From a virus, in the IMG/VR virus record IMGVR_UViG_3300024346_000011: a DNA stretch of 64,000 nt. One strand, 5' to 3'. Position 1 is the first letter of the stretch, and each line of letters begins with the position of its first letter. Below, one piece after another: positions 28,139 to 38,071 of the stretch. The notes under the pieces are model-generated. The model had not been told where the DNA came from. It was given only the letters and a program-made list of their open reading frames with translations, and did no database searches. The translations under genes were made by a program, and so were the position numbers.

Positions 28139-28354
28139 CTAAACTTGCTCTGGGAAGTATTTATCGAGTGCTTCCAATTTATCGTCAGCGTCAACTAACA
28201 TTTGAAGAGCCTCTTCAGCATTATTATAAAAATCAGCAGTTGAGTGATCCCCAATACCTACTGCTTTGTTTCCTAAAAGGTCAAGAGAAAGAAGTGCTTT
28301 TGCTTTCTGTGCCTCTGCACTCGTTTTGAGCATTTGAATTAATTTAGTGTTCAT
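28139..28354 (-). CDS. Small hypothetical protein
   Basis: 71 aa helical hairpin with VGIGDHS; overlaps the rfbB stop. Confidence 0.65.
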   Translation of the reverse strand: MNTKLIQMLKTSAEAQKAKALLSLDLLGNKAVGIGDHSTADFYNNAEEALQMLVDADDKLEALDKYFPEQV

Positions 28355-29286
28355 ACGTTTTCTTTTTCAGTTTTAAATTCGCTTACTTGTTCTCTTAAAT
28401 ATTCTACGAATGAAAGTGGAATCCATTCTGGCACTAACTCTCTAACTTTAGTAGAATCAAGTGCATATTTTCTATCATGACCTAGGCGATCCTTAACAAA
28501 CTCGTATTTAGGAGTTTTACCAAGCATTTCCCCAATCATGTTTACAATCTCAATATTTTCATAACGTTCTCCAGAGCCAATGTTGAATACTTCACCCTCT
28601 TGGTCTGATAACATTAATTCAAAAATGATTTGCGCATTATCCTCAGCATCAATCCATTCGCGAACTTGGCGACCATCGCCATACACTGGGATTGGTTGGT
28701 CATTCGCAATTGAACGCATAATTGTTGGAATAAACTTTTCACGGTTTTGATGAGCTCCATAATTGTTGCAGGTTCTTGTGATCAAATATGGAACATCAAA
28801 AGTTCTACCAGCTGCTTGGACAAGTAGATCACTTGCCGCTTTTGATGCTGAATAGTATGAAGATCCATGTAAACTAAATCTTTCATTTGCTTCAACTTCC
28901 ATGCTAATATCTGCCATGTCGCCATAAACTTCATCGGTAGAAATATGGATAAATTTCTTAAGATATGGATTTTGCTTTGCGCACTCTAACAGGTTAAATG
29001 TACCTTCAACGTTTGTGCGGATAAATGGACGGCCATCTTTAATTGAGTTATCAACATGACTTTCAGCTGCAAAATGCACGATATAATCATAAGTACCCAA
29101 TTGATCTGAGTTAACATCACAGATATCCTCTTTAATTAATTTAACGGGTACTTTCACATTATTGACATCTGCTGCGTATGTCAATTTATCAAGGACTACA
29201 ATTTCAGCAGTTGGAAGTCTACGACCTAAAAGGTTTACGAATGATGAGCCAATAAAGCCAAATCCGCCAGTTACAATAATTCTCAT
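28351..29286 (-). CDS. rfbB: dTDP-glucose 4,6-dehydratase (RmlB/RfbB)
   Basis: VTGGFGFIGS, DKLTYA, HFAAESHVDNS, STDEVYG, YSASK, NNYG, YGDGRQVREW, DRLGHDRKY. Confidence 0.92.
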   Translation of the reverse strand: MRIIVTGGFGFIGSSFVNLLGRRLPTAEIVVLDKLTYAADVNNVKVPVKLIKEDICDVNSDQLGTYDYIVHFAAESHVDNSIKDGRPFIRTNVEGTFNLLECAKQNPYLKKFIHISTDEVYGDMADISMEVEANERFSLHGSSYYSASKAASDLLVQAAGRTFDVPYLITRTCNNYGAHQNREKFIPTIMRSIANDQPIPVYGDGRQVREWIDAEDNAQIIFELMLSDQEGEVFNIGSGERYENIEIVNMIGEMLGKTPKYEFVKDRLGHDRKYALDSTKVRELVPEWIPLSFVEYLREQVSEFKTEKENV

Positions 29287-29861
29287 GCGTCTTCTAATAA
29301 TTCTTTAATTGCGTTTTTATATTGTTCTTCAGTTAAGTTTCCTTCAGCATGTTGTGCAATTTGATCTCGAATTGCCAACATCAATCGTTGAGCTGAAGAA
29401 GTTGTTGTTTCATTTTTAGCTCGATCTACAATTTCAGGATTTTGTTTAATTGTTTGAATTGCAATCAAGTCTTTTAATTTAGTAGTTGACCAATCATGTG
29501 AACGGGTAGTGTAAACTACCTCAATTGGTAGATTATCACCAGTGAATCGCTTGCCAATGTAATCTTCACCAAGGATGCGAATGTCTGGCTTATAGAATTC
29601 CATCAACTTTACCAATTCTTCTTCAGTTTGATAACAAATAACCTCATCAACGTATTTGATTGCCATCAAGGTCTTGTATCGCTCATACAATGGAATAACT
29701 GGTTTATATTTAGTAAAGCGCGTTTCTGATGGATCCATTTGTAAGAACACCATGAAGTAATCACAATGCTGTTTTGCTGTTTCAAATGTGTAAATATAAC
29801 CTGGATGTAGTAGGTCAAAGTTACCAGCAGTAAATCCAATTTTACCCTTCGTTGGATGCAT
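29283..29861 (-). CDS. Cytidylyltransferase (TagD/RfaE-like) with C-terminal extension
   Basis: GFTAGNFDLLHPGY (second His of HxGH replaced by Tyr), ER...L.AIKYVDEV, GEDY, R.HDWSTT. Confidence 0.8.
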   Translation of the reverse strand: MHPTKGKIGFTAGNFDLLHPGYIYTFETAKQHCDYFMVFLQMDPSETRFTKYKPVIPLYERYKTLMAIKYVDEVICYQTEEELVKLMEFYKPDIRILGEDYIGKRFTGDNLPIEVVYTTRSHDWSTTKLKDLIAIQTIKQNPEIVDRAKNETTTSSAQRLMLAIRDQIAQHAEGNLTEEQYKNAIKELLEDA

Positions 29862-30096
29862 AATTTAAAGTTGATTTAGTTATATTAAGATACAAGTATA
29901 GTTGTTTTGAAATGAATTGAATATCCTCATCATCAAAATCGTCATTCAATAGAAGAATAATAATAAAATTATCGATCATCTTTTTAGCAGTGTCCATGTG
30001 GTCATCTGTAATACAAGAATCAACTGTTTTAATAATCTTTTGAATACCGGTTTCAATATACGATTCGTAATTGTTTGGCTTTAAGAAGTAATTCAT
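29842..30096 (-). CDS. Hypothetical protein
   Basis: 84-aa ORF between the two cytidylyltransferases. Confidence 0.55.
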   Translation of the reverse strand: MNYFLKPNNYESYIETGIQKIIKTVDSCITDDHMDTAKKMIDNFIIILLLNDDFDDEDIQFISKQLYLYLNITKSTLNYASNEG

Positions 30097-30533
30097 ATTA
30101 AGGTTTGTTTTGTCTTGTTGTTATATTCAGCTCGATAAGTTCGATCTCTTAAATCTGATGATGAAAATCTGTGATCTCTTTTATTATAATAAATTTCAAT
30201 ATTACGATCTTCGCAAATATCTTTAGCTGTAAAATTCTTATTGCGATATTCTGCGCCAATAATTCTAACATCTAATTTAAAGGATGCGAAGATATCTTCA
30301 AGATCTTGCTCAGTTACATACGGGACGATCTCATCAACCCATTCGCATGCTGAAACTTGAATATAGCGTTCAACGATTGTTTGGACTGGTTTATTCTTTT
30401 CAGGTCGATCCAGGGTTGGATCAACTTGAAGAGCAACAATCAAATAATCACATTGTCCTTTTGCCTCCTCAAGCATCTTAACGTGACCTGCGTGAAATAG
30501 ATCAAATGTTGATGCTGTAATTCCTACTTTCAT
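30093..30533 (-). CDS. tagD: Glycerol-3-phosphate cytidylyltransferase-like (TagD family)
   Basis: STFDLFHAGH, DYLIVAL, KNKPVQTIVER, WVDEI, KRDHRFSSS. Confidence 0.82.
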   Translation of the reverse strand: MKVGITASTFDLFHAGHVKMLEEAKGQCDYLIVALQVDPTLDRPEKNKPVQTIVERYIQVSACEWVDEIVPYVTEQDLEDIFASFKLDVRIIGAEYRNKNFTAKDICEDRNIEIYYNKRDHRFSSSDLRDRTYRAEYNNKTKQTLI

Positions 30534-30548
30534 AAATACTGTTTAAAA

Positions 30549-30580
30549 TAAAAAAGCTTAGTAATTATACCAAGCTCTTT
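30549..30580 (-). terminator. Terminator of the tagged-protein operon, overlapping the next promoter's -10 box
   Basis: AAGAGCTTGGTA-TAAT-TACTAAGCTTTT followed by TTATTTT. Confidence 0.6.
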
Positions 30581-30592
30581 TAAAATGTTTCA
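30564..30592 (-). promoter_or_regulatory. Putative middle promoter TGAAAC-N17-TATAAT for the nucleotide-sugar operon
   Basis: TGAAAC ATTTTAAAAGAGCTTGG TATAAT. Confidence 0.7.
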
Positions 30593-30610
30593 ATATTTAA
30601 TTATGTATGA

Positions 30611-31159
30611 TCAGAGTCTAGTATCTAGATTAACATTATTCATATATTTTTCACGCATAGCATATAACTCTTTATCCGCGTGTTTAATATTTTGCATATC
30701 CTTCTTTTTCATCTTGGCTAAAACCTTAGCGATAGCACCATCAGCTATTCTCATTAGTTTTTCAGTAGACTGCAATCTAGATTCTAATTTAACCTTGCTA
30801 ACATACGCCTTAAGTGTATCATTCTCCTGACCAATTTCATCCATCATACCAATTAACTCTTCTTCTAGATCTTCTAGGAGTTTAATTTTATCTTCATGTG
30901 GATTATCATCATTTGATCTATGAGATCTAGAAGATGTATATGAGTCTGATTTATCCTCTAATTCGTTTTCAAAATCTTCAATCGGATCACCCTCAAGTTT
31001 TAATTTACCAATATCAACTCTAGTTGCCGTCAATTTAGCTGATAATTGATCCAATTTACGTTTTTGAGCAGGATTTTTAAATAAACCTTTTAAAAAACTA
31101 AATAACCCTTCATCTAATTGAGAGCTATTAAAGCTTTCGAACGTTTGGATATATTTCAT
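30611..31159 (-). CDS. Putative internal head protein (tagged)
   Basis: MKYIQTFESF...LDE then GLFSFLKGLF; coiled-coil. Confidence 0.55.
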   Translation of the reverse strand: MKYIQTFESFNSSQLDEGLFSFLKGLFKNPAQKRKLDQLSAKLTATRVDIGKLKLEGDPIEDFENELEDKSDSYTSSRSHRSNDDNPHEDKIKLLEDLEEELIGMMDEIGQENDTLKAYVSKVKLESRLQSTEKLMRIADGAIAKVLAKMKKKDMQNIKHADKELYAMREKYMNNVNLDTRL

Positions 31160-31166
31160 TTTATTA

Positions 31167-32747
31167 TTATTTGATTGTCATATCAAATGGTAAATCTTCT
31201 GGGCCATAGTATCCATCGTCCATGTGTAGGCCGTACCATTTTCTACCGTCGGTGAAATAGAACCAACCATGAACTGGATCGTGAACTACATCAAATGGTC
31301 TTTGCCATAGTTCAAATTTAACTGGCTTTGCTTTACCACGAGCTAAATACTTTAATACTGGAACATCATCATCCCACATTTGAGTAGTTGTAGTTGCAGT
31401 AATTGTAGCAGATTTGCCTTTTAGTTTTGCTGTATATAATTCACCAGCAATTTCATCAGCTAATTTCTGAGAAGCAGATTCTGTAACAATTGATTCAGCC
31501 GCTAATTCAGCGTCCACATCTTTAATGCTAACTGCTGCATCTAATTCAGCTTCAAGCTTTTTCTTTTGTGTAGTTAAATCTTTTAATTTAGCAAGTAATT
31601 TATCTTTATCTTTACCTTCAGCTTCTTTCCAAGCGTCCACGGTAACTTTCATATCTGAAGTAATTTTACCCCAATCTTTTTGGATTTTGTTGATTGAACG
31701 AGCTTCATTAACTTCGGTAGACTCATTAACTTTCTTCTTTAAGTACTTATTAGGCTCTCTAAGAATAAACTCTTGTGAATCGCCATCAACTCTAGCAACT
31801 ACATCGCCATTTGATTTGATATCGGTAATTTCAACAGTCTTGTTTCCATCGACGTGTTTCCATTCCCATTTGTCGCCGGCTTTGAATTTAGCTTCATTAA
31901 CCACCGATTCTGCTAATTTAGAAAAGAAATCTTTAGCTAATTTATTATATTCTTTCTTTTCATCGTTATCTAGATAGCGTAATGATTTTGTATAATTATA
32001 TTTTAAATCTTCAAAATAATTCTTTGCACCTTTACCTTCATTAACCACTGATTCAGCCAATCTCATCTCAAGCTTGTTTCTCTTAGCAATAAGCTTTTGA
32101 ATCTCATCTTCAATCTTGTTTAGCTGATCGCCATATTCATCGGCAATTGGACCACCTTCAGCTTCAGCCTCTTCTTCCATATCGATTAGCATTTGACCTC
32201 TATCAGAATAAAGATCTTTTAGATCTTGGCTAATATCCCATAGATCATCTTCAGCTTTTAGTCTCTCTTTACCGTAAAGTGGCTTACGCTTTGGTTTAGC
32301 AAGCTCTTTTTCGCGCTTCATTTTAGCAGCTCTAAAAGCCATTAAAACAGGATCGTTAAGATCTGATTCTGTAATTAATGACTCGCTAAAAAATGCTTCA
32401 AAAGTAGGAATAAATGATGTTTTCATTTCTTTAATTTCTTTTTCATCTTCGTCTTCTTCAGATTTTCTACCCTTTGGTATATCACCTGATCCAACTTCAG
32501 TTTCGGTTGGGAATGAAATGTCTCCCATTCCTCCAATATTTGACGGTGTAATATTTTCAGCAACTTCAGGTAAACCTTTATGCGGAGTAGATGCAAAGTC
32601 TTTAAGATCCTTTAGTGACATACCGTCAACCAACTCTTTAACTTTATCTCTATAAGCCGCATCAACGTCAGAAAGTTGCATATCGCCAGATTTTACGGCG
32701 TATGCAACTCCCATTAAACGTTGTTGTGATTTACTAGTGCTTGGCAT
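31167..32747 (-). CDS. Modular putative internal head polyprotein with an N-terminal DUF3008-like domain
   Basis: MPSTSKSQQRLMG...MSLKDLKDFASTPHKGLPE; internal tag MKTSFIPTFEAF; linkers ESLITE, ESVVNE x2, ESTEVNE, ESIVTE. Confidence 0.6.
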   Translation of the reverse strand: MPSTSKSQQRLMGVAYAVKSGDMQLSDVDAAYRDKVKELVDGMSLKDLKDFASTPHKGLPEVAENITPSNIGGMGDISFPTETEVGSGDIPKGRKSEEDEDEKEIKEMKTSFIPTFEAFFSESLITESDLNDPVLMAFRAAKMKREKELAKPKRKPLYGKERLKAEDDLWDISQDLKDLYSDRGQMLIDMEEEAEAEGGPIADEYGDQLNKIEDEIQKLIAKRNKLEMRLAESVVNEGKGAKNYFEDLKYNYTKSLRYLDNDEKKEYNKLAKDFFSKLAESVVNEAKFKAGDKWEWKHVDGNKTVEITDIKSNGDVVARVDGDSQEFILREPNKYLKKKVNESTEVNEARSINKIQKDWGKITSDMKVTVDAWKEAEGKDKDKLLAKLKDLTTQKKKLEAELDAAVSIKDVDAELAAESIVTESASQKLADEIAGELYTAKLKGKSATITATTTTQMWDDDVPVLKYLARGKAKPVKFELWQRPFDVVHDPVHGWFYFTDGRKWYGLHMDDGYYGPEDLPFDMTIK

Positions 32748-32756
32748 ATTTAAATA

Positions 32757-33095
32757 TTATTCTGCAGAAGCTTGAGCAGCTTTAGCAGCAGCTTGAACAA
32801 CCTTAGTATATAATCCAAATACCTGGCCAATTGTCATACCATCTTTCCAAGTAGCTACAGTTTTATCACCTAAAACAATATCACTTCCGTCAAAATATAC
32901 TTGTCTAGGTAATTTATCAGCACCTGACGCAATTTTGAAAAGTTTTTGAGTAGGATAATCACCTAAGTATCCAGAATATGAGAATTTGTTATCAGCATTA
33001 GCTTGAATATATTTCATTGCGTTTGCTGGTGAAATTTCTCTAGCTTCATTAACATTCGATTCTACGAATTGTTCAAATAATTTTACGTGTTTCAT
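32757..33095 (-). CDS. Putative internal head protein (tagged)
   Basis: Start moved to ATG 33095: MKHVKLFEQFVESNVNEA. Confidence 0.6.
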   Translation of the reverse strand: MKHVKLFEQFVESNVNEAREISPANAMKYIQANADNKFSYSGYLGDYPTQKLFKIASGADKLPRQVYFDGSDIVLGDKTVATWKDGMTIGQVFGLYTKVVQAAAKAAQASAE

Positions 33096-33142
33096 AATTT
33101 TGATTATTTTTTTTGTTTTTGATTTATTTAAATTAATTTTAA

Positions 33143-35158
33143 TTACCAAGCGTAATCCATATCTTTTACTTTCTTCACTTTATCAGAAACGTATTTAGCA
33201 TATTGCTTGGCTTCTCTTTCATAGTAGCCTGAAGAATAACCTCCTGCTTTTTCTTTCTCAACGTTTACCATGTGTGAAACATATCTATCATAATCGCTTA
33301 AGATACCTGACATCATATTAGATGCGTCAGTAAGTTTAATCTCTTGACCGCGGCTGTTTTGACCAATTTTAATTTCACCATATTTAGTCTTTTCACCTGA
33401 TTTAAGTGCATTAGAGATTTGCTTAGTTAATTCATTAATAGCATCTTCAACCATTTTATCTAATGGTAAGCTAGAAGCTTTAGTTGCTAAAATATCTCTA
33501 TATCTTTGTGTGTTTGCTTTCTTAAAGTCAGCTGCTGATGTGAACGCAATTGCACCAGATTTAGCATCAGATCTAGATTGAATAAGATCCCTTGAAGATT
33601 CACCACCTGTATTAATGTTAAATATAATTGCTCTATCAGCTAATTCAGCCGCTCTCTTGATTGAAGCAATACCTGATGCATCGTAACCTCTATATACTTT
33701 ATTTCCACCAACTGTGGTGCTGCCGTCTGATTTACCAAGAGTGTATTGGTTCTTTTTATTAACGTTAGGTGTTTTTGCATATCCCTTATAATCAACTCCT
33801 AAGAAATCTTTACCTCTTGAAAGAGCTAAAATACCAGGACTTAAAATTGGTTGTCTATAAGAAGATCGATCTGCATACGGATTTTCCTTTTCATTATCTA
33901 CAATATAGAATACTAAATAGTCTCTATTATTTGCATAAGTTTTGTATGCTGTATTTGCATCTGTATCAACTAATGCAGAATCTTCAATTTGATCAAGTTT
34001 GATTTTAGTTAAACCATAAATGGCAGATGCTAGATTCTTAGTACCGTACCAGTTTGCATCAACACCAGAATTTTTCATAGCCAATAAGTTTTGTAACTTA
34101 GAAGACTTAAATGCTTCATTTAATGGTCTGAATTCTTCAACAATTTGAATTGATTCTTCAATGTATTCTGCTAATTCCTCATCGCACCATCCATAATCAC
34201 AATCAGCTAATACATTTTCAAGATCTTTTCTCTTACCTTGCATTACAATGACTGGGTGACCTCCACCTGGACCGTCCATCATTTTATCAATGATAGTAAC
34301 CTTATGCTTCTTTAAGAATTTTAAGAAGTCTTTGTCATCTGGATCCATTGCGTCCATTTCAACAGTTGCTTCAAATAATTGCTCATTCTCTTCATTAACC
34401 ACTGATTCAAACGCTGGAACTAATTCTCTATCACCATAAACATCTACCATGTACCATTTCTTATCTGATTCATCGTATAAGTAAATATATTCAGCACCGC
34501 CGTCATTAGCAGCTAATTTAATAAACTTATCCATGTCTGATTTTTTACCAGCCATTGGAGCTCTACCATCATTGTAGAAGTTCATTTTATCAAGAGCATC
34601 TAATCCTGAGTTATCACCCTTTGCAATAACATCTTGAATTGCTTTTGCATTTTTATAATTCTTCTTAATTGTAGGAAGCATATGCTCTGGGTAAGAATCG
34701 TAGTGGGTATAAACTGACTGGATGTTACCTTTTTTGTCGATGATACCGAATTGACCTCTTGTACCTTCATTAATCATTTCAGTATTTTCATTCAATGAAC
34801 CAATGAATTCTGAGAATGATTCAAATACAAAGTTCTTTTTCATTTGATTATTTTCGTTTATTTTGATTTGATTTAAAATTCTTGCTCCAAATTTAGATAG
34901 GGTAATACCATCCTCAGAAACGTTAAAATATTTAGAGTTACGTCTCATCCATCTGGTAGAATCAGTAGAAAGCTCAGAAAGAATCTGATTAAATTCTTCT
35001 TGAGTCATTGAGCCATCAGCAATTGCTTCAAGCATTTTGTTTCTAATACGAGCCTCCTTACCTGCTGTAAGAGCTGGATAGTTTTCAGTGTAACGTCTTT
35101 TAAATGTTACTTTATTTTCATTTAATCTATTTGATTGATCAAAATGATTCTTTTCCAT
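33143..35158 (-). CDS. Modular putative internal head polyprotein
   Basis: 671 aa; internal tag MKKNFVFESFSEF; modules separated by LNE, INE, ESVVNE, PLNE; late promoter upstream. Confidence 0.6.
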   Translation of the reverse strand: MEKNHFDQSNRLNENKVTFKRRYTENYPALTAGKEARIRNKMLEAIADGSMTQEEFNQILSELSTDSTRWMRRNSKYFNVSEDGITLSKFGARILNQIKINENNQMKKNFVFESFSEFIGSLNENTEMINEGTRGQFGIIDKKGNIQSVYTHYDSYPEHMLPTIKKNYKNAKAIQDVIAKGDNSGLDALDKMNFYNDGRAPMAGKKSDMDKFIKLAANDGGAEYIYLYDESDKKWYMVDVYGDRELVPAFESVVNEENEQLFEATVEMDAMDPDDKDFLKFLKKHKVTIIDKMMDGPGGGHPVIVMQGKRKDLENVLADCDYGWCDEELAEYIEESIQIVEEFRPLNEAFKSSKLQNLLAMKNSGVDANWYGTKNLASAIYGLTKIKLDQIEDSALVDTDANTAYKTYANNRDYLVFYIVDNEKENPYADRSSYRQPILSPGILALSRGKDFLGVDYKGYAKTPNVNKKNQYTLGKSDGSTTVGGNKVYRGYDASGIASIKRAAELADRAIIFNINTGGESSRDLIQSRSDAKSGAIAFTSAADFKKANTQRYRDILATKASSLPLDKMVEDAINELTKQISNALKSGEKTKYGEIKIGQNSRGQEIKLTDASNMMSGILSDYDRYVSHMVNVEKEKAGGYSSGYYEREAKQYAKYVSDKVKKVKDMDYAW

Positions 35159-35186
35159 ATCTAAATTTTATATTATATTATTAGAT

Positions 35187-35194
35187 TATATATC
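35187..35194 (-). promoter_or_regulatory. Putative late promoter GATATATA
   Basis: In the gap upstream of 33143..35158. Confidence 0.6.
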
Positions 35195-36187
35195 TTACGC
35201 TTTAACCTTAACTTGAATACTTCCTCCAGTCCAAGATGAAATTAAAGTTTCACCAACATTGCTGGAAATATTGTCTTTAAATAATACTCCACCAAACTTT
35301 TTGCTAGAATTTGTTTGTACAAATACAAACTTTTCTTTAATTGAGCCAAAACCAGCAACTAAATCTCTTTCAATCTCAGAATAAGATTTTAATTGAATTT
35401 GATTCTGACCAGATATCATATTTTTAATAGCTTGAATGGTTTTATTATTTGAGATAGATCCAATTTGTTCTCCACCTGTTTTAGAAACAATTAATTCTCC
35501 TTCTGGGGAGAGTGACATACTAAAAGTTAATGGTGATGTTACAATTACTGGATCAAGATCCTTAACAATATTAAGGAATTTTGCGCCTTCATCTCTTGCA
35601 ACTTTATTCTGAATATCTTTACCTTCAGCTGTATTTGGATTTAATTCTGGTAAAATATCCTTTAAACCCATATACAGATTTTTCAACTCTTGTTTGGCAG
35701 TTTCAATAATTGATCTGTGCTTAGCACCAGTTCTCCAGCCGTAAAGATATCCATCCTTACTTGTCTTAACCTCTTTACATTCTGCTTGGTCTAAAATTCC
35801 ACCATTATCATTATAAAGCGTTAAATCAATATCAACTGAACCACCGCCAATACCGCAGTTTTCAATAATATAGGCCATCATAATTTCGCCGCGGCCAATA
35901 CCAACTACATCAGCTCCTAAATTAACTAGAGTAGTTGCTGCACCTTTATTACTAGAAAGAATCTTATTTACTTTAGCCATATTAGCTGAAGAAAAAGAAT
36001 CTAATTTAATTCTCTGGAATGGCGCTTTACCCTTAAATTCATTAGTATTAATTAAATTGTATAACATCTCCTTATCATTCTTATTAGAAGATTGGGCTAA
36101 TGCCATATAATTTCTTTGAGAGCTTTCATTAATCTGATTATTTAAAGCTCCTTCAAATCTGGTTCTGATGTCATTAAAATCTGCCAT
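35195..36187 (-). CDS. Hypothetical protein, possible PD-(D/E)xK nuclease fold
   Basis: GRGE...VDID...ECKEVK; N-terminal RFE...QINE putative processing site. Confidence 0.45.
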   Translation of the reverse strand: MADFNDIRTRFEGALNNQINESSQRNYMALAQSSNKNDKEMLYNLINTNEFKGKAPFQRIKLDSFSSANMAKVNKILSSNKGAATTLVNLGADVVGIGRGEIMMAYIIENCGIGGGSVDIDLTLYNDNGGILDQAECKEVKTSKDGYLYGWRTGAKHRSIIETAKQELKNLYMGLKDILPELNPNTAEGKDIQNKVARDEGAKFLNIVKDLDPVIVTSPLTFSMSLSPEGELIVSKTGGEQIGSISNNKTIQAIKNMISGQNQIQLKSYSEIERDLVAGFGSIKEKFVFVQTNSSKKFGGVLFKDNISSNVGETLISSWTGGSIQVKVKA

Positions 36188-38070
36188 TATCCTTTTAATT
36201 TATTCATGAATTGTTCGAATGTCATTAAACCTTCTGGTTGTACTTTAGAAGCATTAACCACTGACATTGACTTTTCTAATTCTGATTTTAATGTTGGATA
36301 CATTTTATGTAATGCTTTAGGTGTCATTAATTTGAAAGACTTTTCGTCCCCATCTAACATTGCATTACGTACTTTAGTTGCTGAAATAGCTTCATCATCT
36401 CTTGGGATTTCATATAGAGCAAAATCAGATCTAACATTTAATTGATCCCTGTATGAATCGTTATTAACTTGGTATCCATAAGCCTGCATTCTATCAGTTC
36501 CTGTTCCCCATAGAACTGGCTCGTATTTTGGTCTTAGTGCATTAAACATCTGGTCAATTGCAGCACTTGGAAGAACAATGATCTCCTTTAAGAATTTATA
36601 CTGCTTCTGAACCTCTTTAAACATTTTGACCTGTAAATCTTCTGAGTATGGTCTTGAAAATTCATCACCTTTCTTTTGTGTCTTAGACTTAATTAAGAAT
36701 ACAATTACATCATGCCCATTTTGCTTGTGAATTGTCTCTAACACTTTAGCGTGGCCCAATGTAAACGGTTGGAAACGGCCAACAAAAATATTTACAGGCT
36801 CTTTGCCTTGCTCTGTGTGATTAACCTTTAGTGCCTCATTTAAATCCATACTCGATACAATTTTATTATGTAACATAAAATTATTGAAATCATAAATTGA
36901 GAGATTATCATTCATCTCCATTAGGACGACTCCATTAATTTTTTCAATTGTGCTATTTAAGTTTTCAATCATATCATCTGTTAAAATATCAGATGCTTTA
37001 GTACGCTTTTTTCTGAATGAACCTACTGTAATTTTAAATAGTTCAGAAAGAATTTCATTTGAAACGTACTTTAATGTTTTTTCATTCTTGATAAAATTAG
37101 TATTTAATCTAAATGAAGGTGCATGTGCAAAATCAGCACTTTCAAAATTAACACCAATATATTTAGAAGAATTCTTTTGAATATAATCGTTAAATACAAC
37201 TGACATTAACTCAATGTATCTTTCATCAGCCGATGATTCCATTAGTTGAATCTCAGAAAAATCGTATGTTGAAATATATTCTAATAAATCTGCAATTGTG
37301 ATTTGATAAATATGAGAACTCTCTCTATTTTCAATAACCAGCTGTCTTGCAAAATCTTCTAACTTGAATGAATGAATCTTCTTACCTTCTGCAAAGTTTA
37401 AAATAAGTCCATCAATCTCTTTTTCAAGATTCTCTTGTAACATTGATTTAGTTGCATTTGGATTAAAGATTCTATAAATCTCTTTAGTAAAAGAAACCAT
37501 TTTATCCGTTTCTTCTAAATAGTCATAATTGCTAGAGAATTCTTTTGAATTCATTTGCAATAATTTAACCAATTTATCTTTTTGTTGTGAATCCATAATA
37601 CCATCAAAAACCGGCTCTTGAGATTGAACATCAAGAATTTTAGCCCATTTTTTAATGATTACTGGATCAATGATAGTTTTCTTTGAATTACCGTTTTCAG
37701 TGATTTGTTGAATATGTGTAAGAATTAAATTATTATATGGTAATTCAGTATATTCGTAATTTGAAACTTTTAATTCTGGTAAATAATCAAAACCAAATTT
37801 AAAATCAATAGGCAATTTAGCTTTAGCTTCTGTTGATAAACTCTGCATGTGTTTAATAGCAACCTCATAAAGAGACATCATAGTACGATCTACCATTGTA
37901 AGCTTTTCTCCATTTGAAGATTTATAGAATTCGAACTTATCATTAATTCGACGAACATAAAAAGATGGTGCTGAAATTTTTTCAACAACCATTACTCTAT
38001 TATCAAGCATTCCTACGAATGTATTGATGTTGGTCTCTTCAAAATGTTGTTTTAATTTTTTAAGTGCCAT
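36187..38070 (-). CDS. Fusion of a degenerate RNA-ligase-like domain and a HIGH-family nucleotidyltransferase
   Basis: N-terminal VEKISA, EIDGLIL, SFK; C-terminal IFVGRFQPFTLGH, GTDR, ISATKVRNAMLDGD; C-terminal tag LMTFEQFMN. Confidence 0.65.
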   Translation of the reverse strand: MALKKLKQHFEETNINTFVGMLDNRVMVVEKISAPSFYVRRINDKFEFYKSSNGEKLTMVDRTMMSLYEVAIKHMQSLSTEAKAKLPIDFKFGFDYLPELKVSNYEYTELPYNNLILTHIQQITENGNSKKTIIDPVIIKKWAKILDVQSQEPVFDGIMDSQQKDKLVKLLQMNSKEFSSNYDYLEETDKMVSFTKEIYRIFNPNATKSMLQENLEKEIDGLILNFAEGKKIHSFKLEDFARQLVIENRESSHIYQITIADLLEYISTYDFSEIQLMESSADERYIELMSVVFNDYIQKNSSKYIGVNFESADFAHAPSFRLNTNFIKNEKTLKYVSNEILSELFKITVGSFRKKRTKASDILTDDMIENLNSTIEKINGVVLMEMNDNLSIYDFNNFMLHNKIVSSMDLNEALKVNHTEQGKEPVNIFVGRFQPFTLGHAKVLETIHKQNGHDVIVFLIKSKTQKKGDEFSRPYSEDLQVKMFKEVQKQYKFLKEIIVLPSAAIDQMFNALRPKYEPVLWGTGTDRMQAYGYQVNNDSYRDQLNVRSDFALYEIPRDDEAISATKVRNAMLDGDEKSFKLMTPKALHKMYPTLKSELEKSMSVVNASKVQPEGLMTFEQFMNKLKG

Positions 38071-38071
38071 T

